Virus record (IMG/VR): IMGVR_UViG_3300010365_001248
Location: 99,913 to 163,912 of that record
Reading direction: 5' to 3' (one strand)
Length of the DNA stretch: 64,000 nt
DNA from: a virus
Taxonomy: Duplodnaviria > Caudoviricetes
Below are positions 27,451-37,379 of this stretch, piece after piece. Position 1 is the first letter of the stretch; each line of letters begins with the position of its first letter. Both the position numbers and the translations under genes were made by a program. The notes under the pieces were generated by a model, which worked only from the letters and a program-made list of their open reading frames with translations, was not told the origin of the DNA and made no database searches.

Positions 27451-28320
27451 TTATTCATTTGAACCTGGAGTCATATCAGGAAAAACTTCTCCTTTAATAA
27501 CATTCAGGGTTTTTTGATTTTGTGCCTGTTTCATCCATTCAATTACAGAATCTTCAGAAGAACCTAAAATTGTATTTCCATCTTCTCCATAAACCCAGAT
27601 TCCTGCTTTTGAATAAATAATACGTTTTTCTTTTGCGGCAATAAAAAGTAATTTTAATGCTAAATCACCGCCTGTAAATGCCTCAATAATTTTATCTGGA
27701 GTCTTTTGAGCAATTTGATATAAGAATTGTTTAATTTCTGCTGCAACATTATTCTGCATATTTCTACCAAATACACGAGCTACTAAAAGTAGTTTATTAA
27801 GTGATTCACCTTCAATCATATTAGCCGCTTTCAGTTGTTTCTCAAAATTAGTAACTGCTTTTTCTGCCATTTCTCCAGGTCTGTCAATATAAAGTTCAGC
27901 TCGTCCATATCTAGCAATTTTCTGAGTATTAGTAGAACCATCTATTTTATAGTTACCGCTGGCATCTTTTGCAGTTCTACTTTCAGCAATAAGATCACTA
28001 TTTTTAATTGCTTCCCATTCACAACTTTGTTTTAAATCAGATAGATCAAATGTTTGACCATCTCTAACTTCAATTACTGCATTTTCTGGAATAAAATATG
28101 CATTTGGATCATTTTTATCTGCATCAGATAAAATCATATCTCCATCTTTATTTACGCGTCTTACACAACTAGGATATACTCCTCTTTTATCTTTTTGAGG
28201 ATTAAAATAATATGCCATACCTGTTTTACCAAAAACGCTTCTTAGTTTAATAATATTTTTTGAGGCTACTTCGTTAGCCATTAATTTATCATTTTCATTA
28301 ACTTTCTTTGCCATAATCAT
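27451..28320 (-). CDS. Conserved protein downstream of MCP
   Basis: Intact 289-aa ORF; synteny. Confidence 0.75.
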   Translation of the reverse strand: MIMAKKVNENDKLMANEVASKNIIKLRSVFGKTGMAYYFNPQKDKRGVYPSCVRRVNKDGDMILSDADKNDPNAYFIPENAVIEVRDGQTFDLSDLKQSCEWEAIKNSDLIAESRTAKDASGNYKIDGSTNTQKIARYGRAELYIDRPGEMAEKAVTNFEKQLKAANMIEGESLNKLLLVARVFGRNMQNNVAAEIKQFLYQIAQKTPDKIIEAFTGGDLALKLLFIAAKEKRIIYSKAGIWVYGEDGNTILGSSEDSVIEWMKQAQNQKTLNVIKGEVFPDMTPGSNE

Positions 28321-28322
28321 AT

Positions 28323-28355
28323 AAAAATAACAAGAGGGAACTAGGTCCCTCTTGT
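28323..28355 (-). terminator. Terminator after MCP
   Basis: CAAGAGGGA-CCTAGT-TCCCTCTTG plus U-tract. Confidence 0.85.
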
Positions 28356-28361
28356 ATTAAA

Positions 28362-31300
28362 TTAAATCTAACCTTGTAGGATAAATGACTTATAAGGATT
28401 AGCTACACATACACCACAGTAACCCATGATACCCTTAACTTGACCAGCAACTAGTGTAGAAACTTCTCCACCTTCTTTACCAGTACCACGACCAGGACCA
28501 TTCTGTACGTAAGGAACATATTCAGCTCCCTTAACAGTAAGCATCTCAATAGGTGCGTGTCCATTATTAGTTGAACCTGAAGTTAGGTCAAGACACATAC
28601 CGAAAGGATACTTATACTCTCTTTCAAGAGTTCTATCCATCTTAAATGAAATAGTATTATTCATATAAGAATAAGAATTGAAAGTAGCTCCTACTTTAAT
28701 CTTACCATTCTCCTTTGACCATAGCCAAGCTCCATCTGTACGATAGTGAGCTAGATAATCAAATAGAACTCTCTGAACAATACCAAATAACTGAGGATTA
28801 CATACAAATAAGAATGTATTTCCTTCAGGACTATCACACTTAGAAATCATCTGAGTGATGATTTGTTGGAATGTATTAACTGTAAAGTTATTTGCAGCGT
28901 ATTTGCTTGCAAAACGTGAAACCTGAGCGATAAGACCATCGCCACCTTGAATCATAATGTTAACTTTCTATTACTAGAAAGATCAGACTATATCTTTAAC
29001 TTATATATTCAAAAATATATCCTTTACAAACTCTTCTTTCTTTTCTACATACTTTTAAACACGAAGGAAATTCCTTTTTACAATCAGTAATAGAATCCCA
29101 AATTTTAATTAAATTATGATCTTTATCATATTGAGCAATTTTTACAGGATCTTTTTTGTAGTAATTTATTTCTGGTAAAACATCTGTTTTTAAATAACTC
29201 CAATAATAATTATTACATGGAGTATTTAATTTTATATGTTTTATCATGGTTGAATGAGTTACTTTACAAAAACGACATGCTGCTCCTAAAGATTGAAAAG
29301 TTTTATAAAATTTTTTATCTAAAGTATAGCAATAACAATTTCTTTTTTGCACAAATAATTTATTAGATTTTTCATTTAAAAAATCATTAATATCCTCATT
29401 AGCATATAAAAAATAACATTCATATTTTAGTACTCTCTCATTAATAATTCTAATACATTCTTGTTTAGGTAAATCTAAACCGTTTGCCATTTCTTGAATA
29501 TTTTTATATTTTTTAATTAATAATCCTTCTTTATTATATTGATAAATACCATTAGTAGCATTCATTTTATAATTTTTTGGATTAATATAATTTGAATAAC
29601 TAAATATATATTTTTCATATGCTTTTTCTTTTAAAATACAAGCAGATATAGTATCGTGTCCTAAATTTAATTTATTAGTACATTCTGTAATAGAATTATA
29701 AGTATTAAGTAAATTTCCATTTAAATCAAAAACATAAATTTGTTTACAATGTCTTGGGGGAATTTTTCCTCCAGGAATAAGATTATAAACATCTTTACGT
29801 TTAATAAATTCTTCAGTAACTATTTCTGCCTCTTTCTATAAAGCTTCTTTTTCAGTATTATAAATAAATAAAGTAATTCTTTTAAAAGAATTAACTCCAT
29901 ATTTTAAAATAGCTCTATGAAATAAAGTTTTGCCTTTATTATAGCTAGAAGGCTTATTTATAAAAGCACCACATCCTAAATATCCATCAAATTCAAATGG
30001 ATTTTCTGTTTTATGTACTCCTATATAAAATTTTTGATTTTTTAAATTAATTGTTATATATACGATATATTTTATTAAGCTATTTCCCATTTCCATTAAA
30101 TTAATTAATGTACTCCTTAAAAGGATAGTCGTTGAACTTTAAGTACGATTACTTTTAAAGCCTATCTTTTGTACTTCTTAGCTGCTGATTGTCCTAAATA
30201 TTAGGAGTTTCCAGCAATTAAAGAAAATTCAGTCTTAATATTACTATTAAGCTGCCCATTTTAGTTTAGGTCTACCAGTAGATCTACTAATCCAAGTAGA
30301 TTGTCCATCTACGGACATTGTTGATTTACCAAATAAAAGTTCGCCCTCACGTGCACATAAGAAATTCTTATGAATAGTCTCATCAAATGCTGGGAAGTTA
30401 AATAGAGCTTCAGAAGCTTTACCATTTCCTTCACCTTTAGCAATAGAGATAAGTTTATCTTCCATTAGAGCATAACGATCTGATTTAGAATCTTCTACAC
30501 GAATCTGAGTAATATAATTACGCATCTTCTCAGTTGAAGATTGATATTTAACAAACAATTAATTCAAATAGTTTCCTATTTGTTTAGACTATCTCTTAAT
30601 TTAAATATTTAAATATGAATCCTTTACAAAAATTTCTTTGTCCTTGAAGAACTTTATTAGCATTAGAATATCCTGCTTTTCTACATAAAGTAAGATTTTC
30701 AAAAATTTCTAATAAATTTCCTTTTTTGTCATAACGACCTATTTTAGGACTGTTTTTAGTATTAAAAGATTTAGGTTTTTTGGTCTTTATTTTTTTCATT
30801 GTGGGTAATTTTTCATAAGACCATTGATAATTTAAAAAAGTACCTCCAGTACGAATAGCTCTAGAAATATGAGATCCATTAGGTAATGTAGGATCTAATG
30901 TTCTAGCTGCTATATTTAAACCAGAAAAGCTTCTAATATAATTACCATCTAAATCATACATATATACTTCTTTTTTAGGATTTTTTAGATTATCTTCATT
31001 TAATCTTCCTCCTAAAGCTAAATTATAAACATCAGTTCTTTTTAAAAAATCTTTATCTACTAAAAAAGCTTCTAATTTATAAGCATCTTCCTCATTATTA
31101 AATTCTTTTATAGTGGTTCTAATAAAATTTTTTATTCCATATTTATTTACTGCAAACTAAAAAGGAGTTTTTGAATTTTTATAGGAAGCAGGTCTAAATA
31201 TATTAACTCCATTTCCTATGTAACCATCAAAATCATCAGATTCTGTACCATGTACTCCAATATATATTTTATTATTAATTTTATTAATAGTTTGATATAC

Positions 31301-33442
31301 TATATATTTCATATTTAAATTTTAAATTTATTCCATTTCGGAGTTTATTTCTCCTACATCCATTCGGATTAGTCGTTGAACGTTCTTTAGAGCTTCCTAA
31401 AAGGCTTGCTTGATCTAAAGCTTCGCTGCTGATTGCCATTTTACAGGTTTCCAGCAATTAAGAATATGATTATACTGAGGCAATGTTTAAATATCAGTTT
31501 ACCACAGTCAGACATTTCTGGTTTACGATTGGAAATAAATCTTGTTAAAGTACCAGCAGAATAAGTTTCAACAGCGTGTTCTGCTATTACATCAATAGTA
31601 GAATAATCATCTGCCATAGCTTGAGCAGGTACCTCATAAAGATTATCAGCCATACGTGTAGGATGTCCAATTACACAGAACTGCTCACCATCATCATCAA
31701 CTTTGAAATATTCATCAATTTGGTAATAATTTTCTGCAAAGTAGAAATATAGATCAGATCCTTTCTTTACAGGAGCAGCTGCCATAGGTACACGTTTAAT
31801 TTCATTTGTTTCCAAATATATTTCTATATATTACTATATAGTTTAGACTATATCATTTACTATGTTTATGATATTTAAAAATATATTCTTTACAATATTT
31901 ATCTCCAAGCATAATATTTTTTAAATTTGAGGATCTTAAATTATATTTTTCTTTAACTTCTTTAATAGAATTTAAAGTTTCTATAAAATCTCCATATTTA
32001 GTAAAAATATCTACTCGAATACTATTTCCATGTGATGTGGGTTTTTCAGGAATAGTAGTTTCTTCTTGTAAAGATATATAAAAATTTTTATACCAATTAT
32101 TGTAATATCTAAAAATATCAGATATTTTACTCCATGAGTATAAATTTAAAATTGGCATAATTTCTTTTCCAATAAATTTCCCTATAAATTTATGTTCTTG
32201 GTAAACATAATATGTTAAATCTTTATATTGGAGCCTAGGTTTAGGTTTAAAACAATCAGTTAATTTATAAGATATATAATACTACTTTTGACATAAAGAT
32301 TCTAATTTGATATTCTTATTTATATTTGCACATGTAGTATTTAAAAATTTAGCACATTCTGATTGTGAACTAAATTCATTTAATAACTTACCATCTTTAT
32401 TATATAAATAAACTGTTTGAGGTTCTTTAGTAATATAATCATTTATATTAATATATTCAGAATAACTCCAATAACTATTTAAAAATTTATATTTACCATA
32501 TATAGGGGAATGAAATTTAGTAGCAGGATATCCATAAAACTCAAAAGCATCTTTAGAATATTCCCATTTTTTAACTAAATTTCCCTCTAAATCAAATTGA
32601 TATAAAGGAATTCCGTTATTATTACAAATTCCTCCAACTACAACATTATAAACATGTGACTATTTAATAAATTCTGTAGTTACTAAAGCCTCTTCTTTTT
32701 TATAGGCTTCTTCAGGAGAATCAAATTCAAATAACGTAACTCTTTTAAAAGCAGCTGGTCCATATTTTTTTACTGCACATTGAAATGGTGTTTTAGGATA
32801 TTTATATGTAGAAATTTGCTATTCATATACTCCACAACCTAAATACCCATCAAATATATCAGGATTTTCAGTTTTATGAACCCCTATATATATTTTATAT
32901 TTACCGTTTATTTTTGATTTAAAATTTATTGTTAGATACACAATATATTTCATAGTAATTCAGTTTTTTAATTATTAAAAAATAATTTACACTTCTCAGT
33001 TAGTCGTTGAACGCTGTTGTAATTACAACCACGCTGCTGATTGTCCTAATGGTCTAGGAGTTCCCAGCAATTTAAAGAATTTTTGTTATTATTCGATATT
33101 AAATATCGCGGAGGTCTCAACTAATGAAATGTTTAATCTCCCCAGATTAAACTTTAAGACCATTTATGTTAGTTTAAGTATTTTCAATATATTTTACAAT
33201 ATAAAGGAGCAGGAAATTTACTCATATACCATATTTTCTAGTCCCTTAAATTCATCAGACTTTTTATCTTTTGACCAAATATTTCCTAGTGCTTCTGTTA
33301 AGAAAGTAATAGTATTTTCTGGATATAAACGAGATAAAAGACCTAGCTGATCAGGACGTTTACCTAAGAATGCAGAAAAGTCCTGATATGTACGTGTCTT
33401 GCCCATTTCAGGTCTCTTCGTCATAAGTTTAGAAACTAACAT
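28362..33442 (-). CDS. Major capsid protein, 5 exons (33442-33220, 33142-33135, 31812-31501, 30555-30268, 28952-28362), 473 aa spliced
   Basis: Exons total 1422 nt; junctions give MVYE-WEI-ETNEIKR, SDCG-FVKYQS, TGRP-IQGGDG; every 5' splice site is U|AAA and every intron ends in G. Confidence 0.88.
28953..30267 (-). mobile_element. Group I intron 4 of MCP with homing endonuclease
   Basis: Core motifs AATTGCTGGAA, AATCAGCAG, GTTCAACGACTA, GATATAGTCT; terminal G at 28953. Confidence 0.9.
28996..30096 (-). CDS. GIY-YIG homing endonuclease with NUMOD1-type repeats (TAG=Gln)
   Basis: YIVYITIN..NQKFYIGVH; repeated YQY.K.G.LIK units; joins two ORFs over TAG at 29836. Confidence 0.85.
30556..31500 (-). 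mobile_element. Group I intron 3 of MCP with homing endonuclease
   Basis: Same P/Q/R/S core motifs; GGT|AAAC 5' site; TTG| 3' site. Confidence 0.9.
30596..31312 (-). CDS. GIY-YIG homing endonuclease with NUMOD1-type repeats (TAG=Gln)
   Basis: MKYIVYQTIN..NNKIYIGVH; 717 nt; TAG at 31157-31159. Confidence 0.85.
31813..33134 (-). mobile_element. Group I intron 2 of MCP with homing endonuclease
   Basis: Core motifs at 33000-33075 and 31840-31856; P1 GGAGAUU/GACCUCC with U.G at the splice site. Confidence 0.88.
31853..32953 (-). CDS. GIY-YIG homing endonuclease with NUMOD1-type repeats (TAG=Gln)
   Basis: MKYIVYLTIN...KIYIGVHKTENP; 1101 nt; several in-frame TAG; TGA stop overlaps intron S element. 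Confidence 0.85.
33135..33142 (-). other. 8-nt micro-exon of MCP (GGGAGATT; supplies W-E-I)
   Basis: Restores frame between exon 1 and exon 3; flanked by G| and U|AAA. Confidence 0.8.
33143..33219 (-). other. 77-nt core-less group I-like mini-intron (intron 1 of MCP)
   Basis: P1 GAGU/GCUC with U.G, 8-bp P10 with the micro-exon, GUAA-capped hairpin, terminal G; no P3-P8 core. Confidence 0.75.
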
Positions 33443-33464
33443 TTTATTTTTATTTTAAATTAAC

Positions 33465-34517
33465 TTAACTGTTGAAAAAGTTAGGTTTAGTTTGTTTAGT
33501 AGATCTAATTTCTACAGCAGCTTGCTAACTTAAATCTTTTTTTGCCTGTTCATACCCACGTTTGAATGCTCTGGCAGATTCCGCTTCAGCTTCTTGAAGG
33601 AATTGTGGACCATACAATGCCCAAAAAGCATTTTGCACCATGGCTTGCGGTGATTGCATATCTATAGAATATTTAGTATTACCTTGATTATCTCTAGCTA
33701 AAAGATAATTAGCTAAATTATTTTGATCTTGATAATCTAATTCTATAGCTCTACCAGCTACTGTATTAAATTGTTTTATTTCATTTACAATAGAATTAGC
33801 TAAAGCTTGAAATTTAGCTTCTTGTTCTTGTTGTACTTGTTCATTTTGTCGATATTCAGCTTCTTGTTGTTTTTGTCTGAAATTTTCACGAATAGCGGCT
33901 ACTTCTTTAGTATAAAAAGCTTCATTTTCTTTAGCTCTTTGAATAGCTTGAGTTAGTTCTTCTTCAGTAACATTTTCTCCCAATTTATTCATTAAATCAA
34001 TAGCATAAACTTCATCATCAGTCCAATCATCAATATCAAAATGTTTATTTTGATCTGCATAATTATCTTGAATTTGCTGAGCATAAGCTTTCATGAAAGA
34101 ATCAGCATCTAAGCCTGATTCTCTAATTTGATTAATTAATCTAATTTCAGAATCATCCAGATCTGTTTCAGGATCTGTATTAGCTGAACTTAAAATATCT
34201 AGTTGTTCATTCTCAGTTAAAGAATCCCAAGAACGTGTAAACATAGCTCCAGATGAATCTTTCCAAGGAATTGCATTTTTATCTGAAATACCAATTCTTG
34301 CTAAAAATTTATCTGTAAATGAATCATCATCAGAAACTTCAGGAGTTGTAGTTGTAGATGGTCCTGCTGGCGGAGTAGGTTTTGGAGTAGGATCTTCATT
34401 GCCTGCGGCAGCAATAATCTAACTAAATAGTTCATCTTCGGTTTCTTTAGGAGCTTCATTAGAGATACTATTCGGATCTGGACCAAATAGTTCTTCCATT
34501 AATTCATTATCTTCCAT
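33465..34517 (-). CDS. Acidic capsid scaffold-like protein, 350 aa (TAG=Gln)
   Basis: ATG 34517 in frame with 33525-34244; acidic, helical; immediately upstream of MCP. Confidence 0.7.
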
Positions 34518-34552
34518 AAAACATTAATTTTAATTAAAATATAAATCTTTTG

Positions 34553-34585
34553 CAATATTTATAATACTGTAATTTTATTTCCAAA
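34553..34585 (-). promoter_or_regulatory. Candidate promoter of scaffold-MCP operon (TTTG-N20-TAAATATTG)
   Basis: Variant of Bacteroidetes -33/-7 consensus; similar ATTG-N20-TAACTATTG at 7572-7604. Confidence 0.4.
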
Positions 34586-34597
34586 AGGAATAATGAA

Positions 34598-34822
34598 TTA
34601 TTTTTTCATATCAGGATTATATTTATAGAATAAGGCTAAAGTTTGAAATCTTTCTTTAAAAGCACCTCTTTCTAAACGTCTTTTCCAATCCTCTAAACTA
34701 CCTGTATAATAATGATTTATCCATAATTTATTACCCCATTGAGCTTTTTGTTTGACAATATTTGTTTCAGTTAAGATATTGTATAACCTTTGGCTGTCAT
34801 TGTATCGTAGAAATAATTCCAC
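34598..34822 (-). CDS. Small ORF or gene remnant at edge of fibre cassette
   Basis: Overlaps end of BspA gene by 52 nt; AT-rich 3' part with KAQWG motif. Confidence 0.3.
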   Translation of the reverse strand: MELFLRYNDSQRLYNILTETNIVKQKAQWGNKLWINHYYTGSLEDWKRRLERGAFKERFQTLALFYKYNPDMKK

Positions 34823-35949
34823 ATATATCTTGCTTTAACTATATTAGAGAATCCGGATATTGTTGTGTTAGTGTATGTAGCATCTCCTGATATATCTGAG
34901 AAATTATCAGCCAACCATTGTAATGAATCGTTAGTGAGAACACTATTGGTAGAATAGAATTGAAGTGCTGTTGTCTTTGGTTTAGACTTGATCTTTAAAT
35001 CTTTTAGCGAGGTGCAACCACTGAATATACCTGACGCATTAGTCACCTTAGAAACATCCCAACCTGATAAATCAAGTGATTGTATCGTGAGGCAACCATA
35101 GAACATACTTGACGTATTAGTCACATTAGCAACATTCCAATCTGATAAATCAAGTGATTGTAGCGAGGAGCAACCATAGAACATCATTGACGTATTAGTC
35201 ACTTTAGAAAAATTCCAACCTGATAAATCAATTGATTGTAGCGAGGTGCAACCATAGAACATAGCTGTCATATTAGTCACATTAGAAACATCCCAACCTG
35301 ATAAACCAATTGATTGTAGCGAGGAGCAACCAGAGAACATACGGGTCATATTAGTTGCACTCATTAACCCCGGTCTGTATTGTTCAATCTCACAAGTAGT
35401 CATTTGTACATTATCGTAAAAACAATATGACAAATACGTTTCGAAATAGTCTATCTTTATCTTGACGTTAACAATGTTTCTGTCTTGCCAAATGCAAAAT
35501 CTAGAAGAAGTGTTATCATTGTTATGTGACAAGTAATTAGGCATATCAAGATTCATTGCAAGAATCTGATTATCATTAGTTGTGTTTTTTCTTTTTATAT
35601 ACTTAGCTTGTCTGAACAACTCATTGTTCATATTAAACCACGTGTCAACATCACCAGCCGTGAAAGAAGCATCTGTCCACGTTGAACCATCATCACTATA
35701 TTGTATTTCCCACACTTGACCTGATTTAACCAATACCCAATTGCCATCTTGATGCTCTAACCATCCCGGGACATGATAAGGTGGTTCTATTCCACCACCT
35801 CCACCACCACCACCTTCAATCTGCAATATGTAATCTGGATACACATCTAACTTTTCTGTATCAGGAACATTCACACCTTTTGCTGTGATAGCTGATTTTA
35901 TCCTTTCTTTAGCGTCTCGAAGACGCGTAATCTCTGTTATTATGCTCAT
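34771..35949 (-). CDS. BspA/DUF285-type leucine-rich repeat surface/fibre protein
   Basis: Repeats FxGCSSLQSIDLSGWDVSNVTNM; fibre-type N-terminus IKSAITAKGVNVP. Confidence 0.85.
   Translation of the reverse strand: MSIITEITRLRDAKERIKSAITAKGVNVPDTEKLDVYPDYILQIEGGGGGGGGIEPPYHVPGWLEHQDGNWVLVKSGQVWEIQYSDDGSTWTDASFTAGDVDTWFNMNNELFRQAKYIKRKNTTNDNQILAMNLDMPNYLSHNNDNTSSRFCIWQDRNIVNVKIKIDYFETYLSYCFYDNVQMTTCEIEQYRPGLMSATNMTRMFSGCSSLQSIGLSGWDVSNVTNMTAMFYGCTSLQSIDLSGWNFSKVTNTSMMFYGCSSLQSLDLSDWNVANVTNTSSMFYGCLTIQSLDLSGWDVSKVTNASGIFSGCTSLKDLKIKSKPKTTALQFYSTNSVLTNDSLQWLADNFSDISGDATYTNTTISGFSNIVKARYMWNYFYDTMTAKGYTIS
35025..35360 (-). repeat. Near-identical 78-bp tandem coding repeats (about 4 units)
   Basis: gaacat recurs at 35101, 35179, 35257, 35335. 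Confidence 0.9.
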
Positions 35950-36206
35950 ATCTGACTTAATAATGTTTCTATATCACCAACTAAACCATCAACATAAGAT
36001 TTAGTTGCGATTGTATTTGTATCTACTGAAATAGTGTCATTACTGATATTTATACCATCACCCTGGGTATATGTTCCAGCTCTTTTTAATTCATTAATTG
36101 CACCTGAAATTGTTTTATTAGTAGTTTCTAAGTTATAGTATTCTTTTTCATTAATAATTCCTCCTACTAATCTAGTAATACCAGCTGCATCTAAAAATTT
36201 TGTCAT
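35946..36206 (-). CDS. Short fibre adaptor protein
   Basis: MTKFLDAAGI start; LETTNKTISGAINEL and YTQGDGINIS fibre motifs; C-terminal VGDIETLLSQI. Confidence 0.7.
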   Translation of the reverse strand: MTKFLDAAGITRLVGGIINEKEYYNLETTNKTISGAINELKRAGTYTQGDGINISNDTISVDTNTIATKSYVDGLVGDIETLLSQI

Positions 36207-36222
36207 AAATTAAAAGTTAATT

Positions 36223-36257
36223 AAAAAAATAAAAATAGGGTTTGCCCCTATTTTTAT
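36223..36257 (-). terminator. Intrinsic terminator
   Basis: TAAAAATAGGG-GCAAA-CCCTATTTTTA plus U-tract. Confidence 0.7.
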
Positions 36258-36280
36258 TAAAATCTTTAAAATTAATTTCC

Positions 36281-37312
36281 TTAAGGAACATAAGCAGCAA
36301 TAGCTGTATCAATTTCTGCGTTTGTAAGAGCTCCTAGATCAGTAATATCAGCACATACGTGTGTATGTGAGGCATTAGCCTTACCTGCAATAGCTTCTTC
36401 TAGTATTCTTCCTTGGTTAGCAGAAAGAGCAGAAGTGGTAGAAGTTGACTCTAAGGAATCTATAACCTCAACTAATTCTGGAAAGTCTGTAATATCTGAA
36501 ATTGAGTGAGAGTGTTGTGTATTAGCTTTTCCTGAGATAGCTTCATTTAGTACTTTACCCTGATTAGCAGATAGAGCAGAAGTAGTAGAAGTAGAGTCTA
36601 GAGAATCTATAATAGAAGTAGCAGAAGGTTTATCAGTTAGGTCATTAAAGCTTCCGCTTGTTGCTACTGTTGCTAAGCTTGATATATTAACTTTATTAGA
36701 TAGAGCATCACTTAAGTTCTTACCTTGGTTAGCAGAAAGAGCAGAAGTGGTAGATGTTGAATCTAGAGAGTCTACAACACTGATAGGATCTGGAAAGTCT
36801 GTAATATCTGAAATTAAGTGAGAGTGTTGTGTATTAGCTTTTTGCTGTAGTGCATTATAAACACCTCCACTTGTTATTAGACTTGAAGATCCGACTGTTG
36901 GAGTATTATCTATAGAGCCGCTATCACTTGGGTTAATCCATACAACTTCATCACCTACCGGAGCAGTAGAGCCGATATGAACTTCTTCGCTACCTTGTCC
37001 TTGTCCATCAACTCCATCATTAATTTGTACAGTTTTAGTTCCAGTAGTATCAGTAATAGATAGAGTAGTAACTTTTCCAACCTTAGATGCTGAAATAGTA
37101 GGGCTCACTCCATCTGTAATAGTAGTAGTTGTTGTTCCATTAGCGTCAGTAATAGAGATAGTAGCCGTATCACCAGACTTAGAAACGGTAGCTATTGGTG
37201 AAATTCCGTCTTGTCCCTTTAACGTTCCGCTTTCAGACCAATCAGTTTCTCCAGTATTGCTAATCTTATGTGAACTAAAATCAGCACCTTTTATAATTAA
37301 TCCGTTTTTCAT
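36281..37312 (-). CDS. Fibre protein with repeats (probable start ATG 37312)
   Basis: DGISP/DGVSP repeats, 3x DSLxSTSTTSALSANQG, HSHxISDITDFP repeats. Confidence 0.8.
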   Translation of the reverse strand: MKNGLIIKGADFSSHKISNTGETDWSESGTLKGQDGISPIATVSKSGDTATISITDANGTTTTTITDGVSPTISASKVGKVTTLSITDTTGTKTVQINDGVDGQGQGSEEVHIGSTAPVGDEVVWINPSDSGSIDNTPTVGSSSLITSGGVYNALQQKANTQHSHLISDITDFPDPISVVDSLDSTSTTSALSANQGKNLSDALSNKVNISSLATVATSGSFNDLTDKPSATSIIDSLDSTSTTSALSANQGKVLNEAISGKANTQHSHSISDITDFPELVEVIDSLESTSTTSALSANQGRILEEAIAGKANASHTHVCADITDLGALTNAEIDTAIAAYVP

Positions 37313-37379
37313 TTTAATCCTATTTTCAAGTTTTAATTTAAAAGAAGGCACTAGTTTTAATCAAGTGCCCTCTCATCAA

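Noticed and set aside
31813-33219. One single intron between MCP exon 1 and the ETNEIK exon
   Set aside because: Direct ligation gives GAG-TGA (stop and frameshift); the micro-exon is needed.
33138-33223. T4 gene 60-style ribosomal bypass between matching GAG codons
   Set aside because: Not excluded but disfavoured: it would drop W-E, and P1, P10, U|AAA and the terminal G point to splicing.
35025-35360. Possible CRISPR array
   Set aside because: 78-bp in-frame coding repeats without unique spacers.
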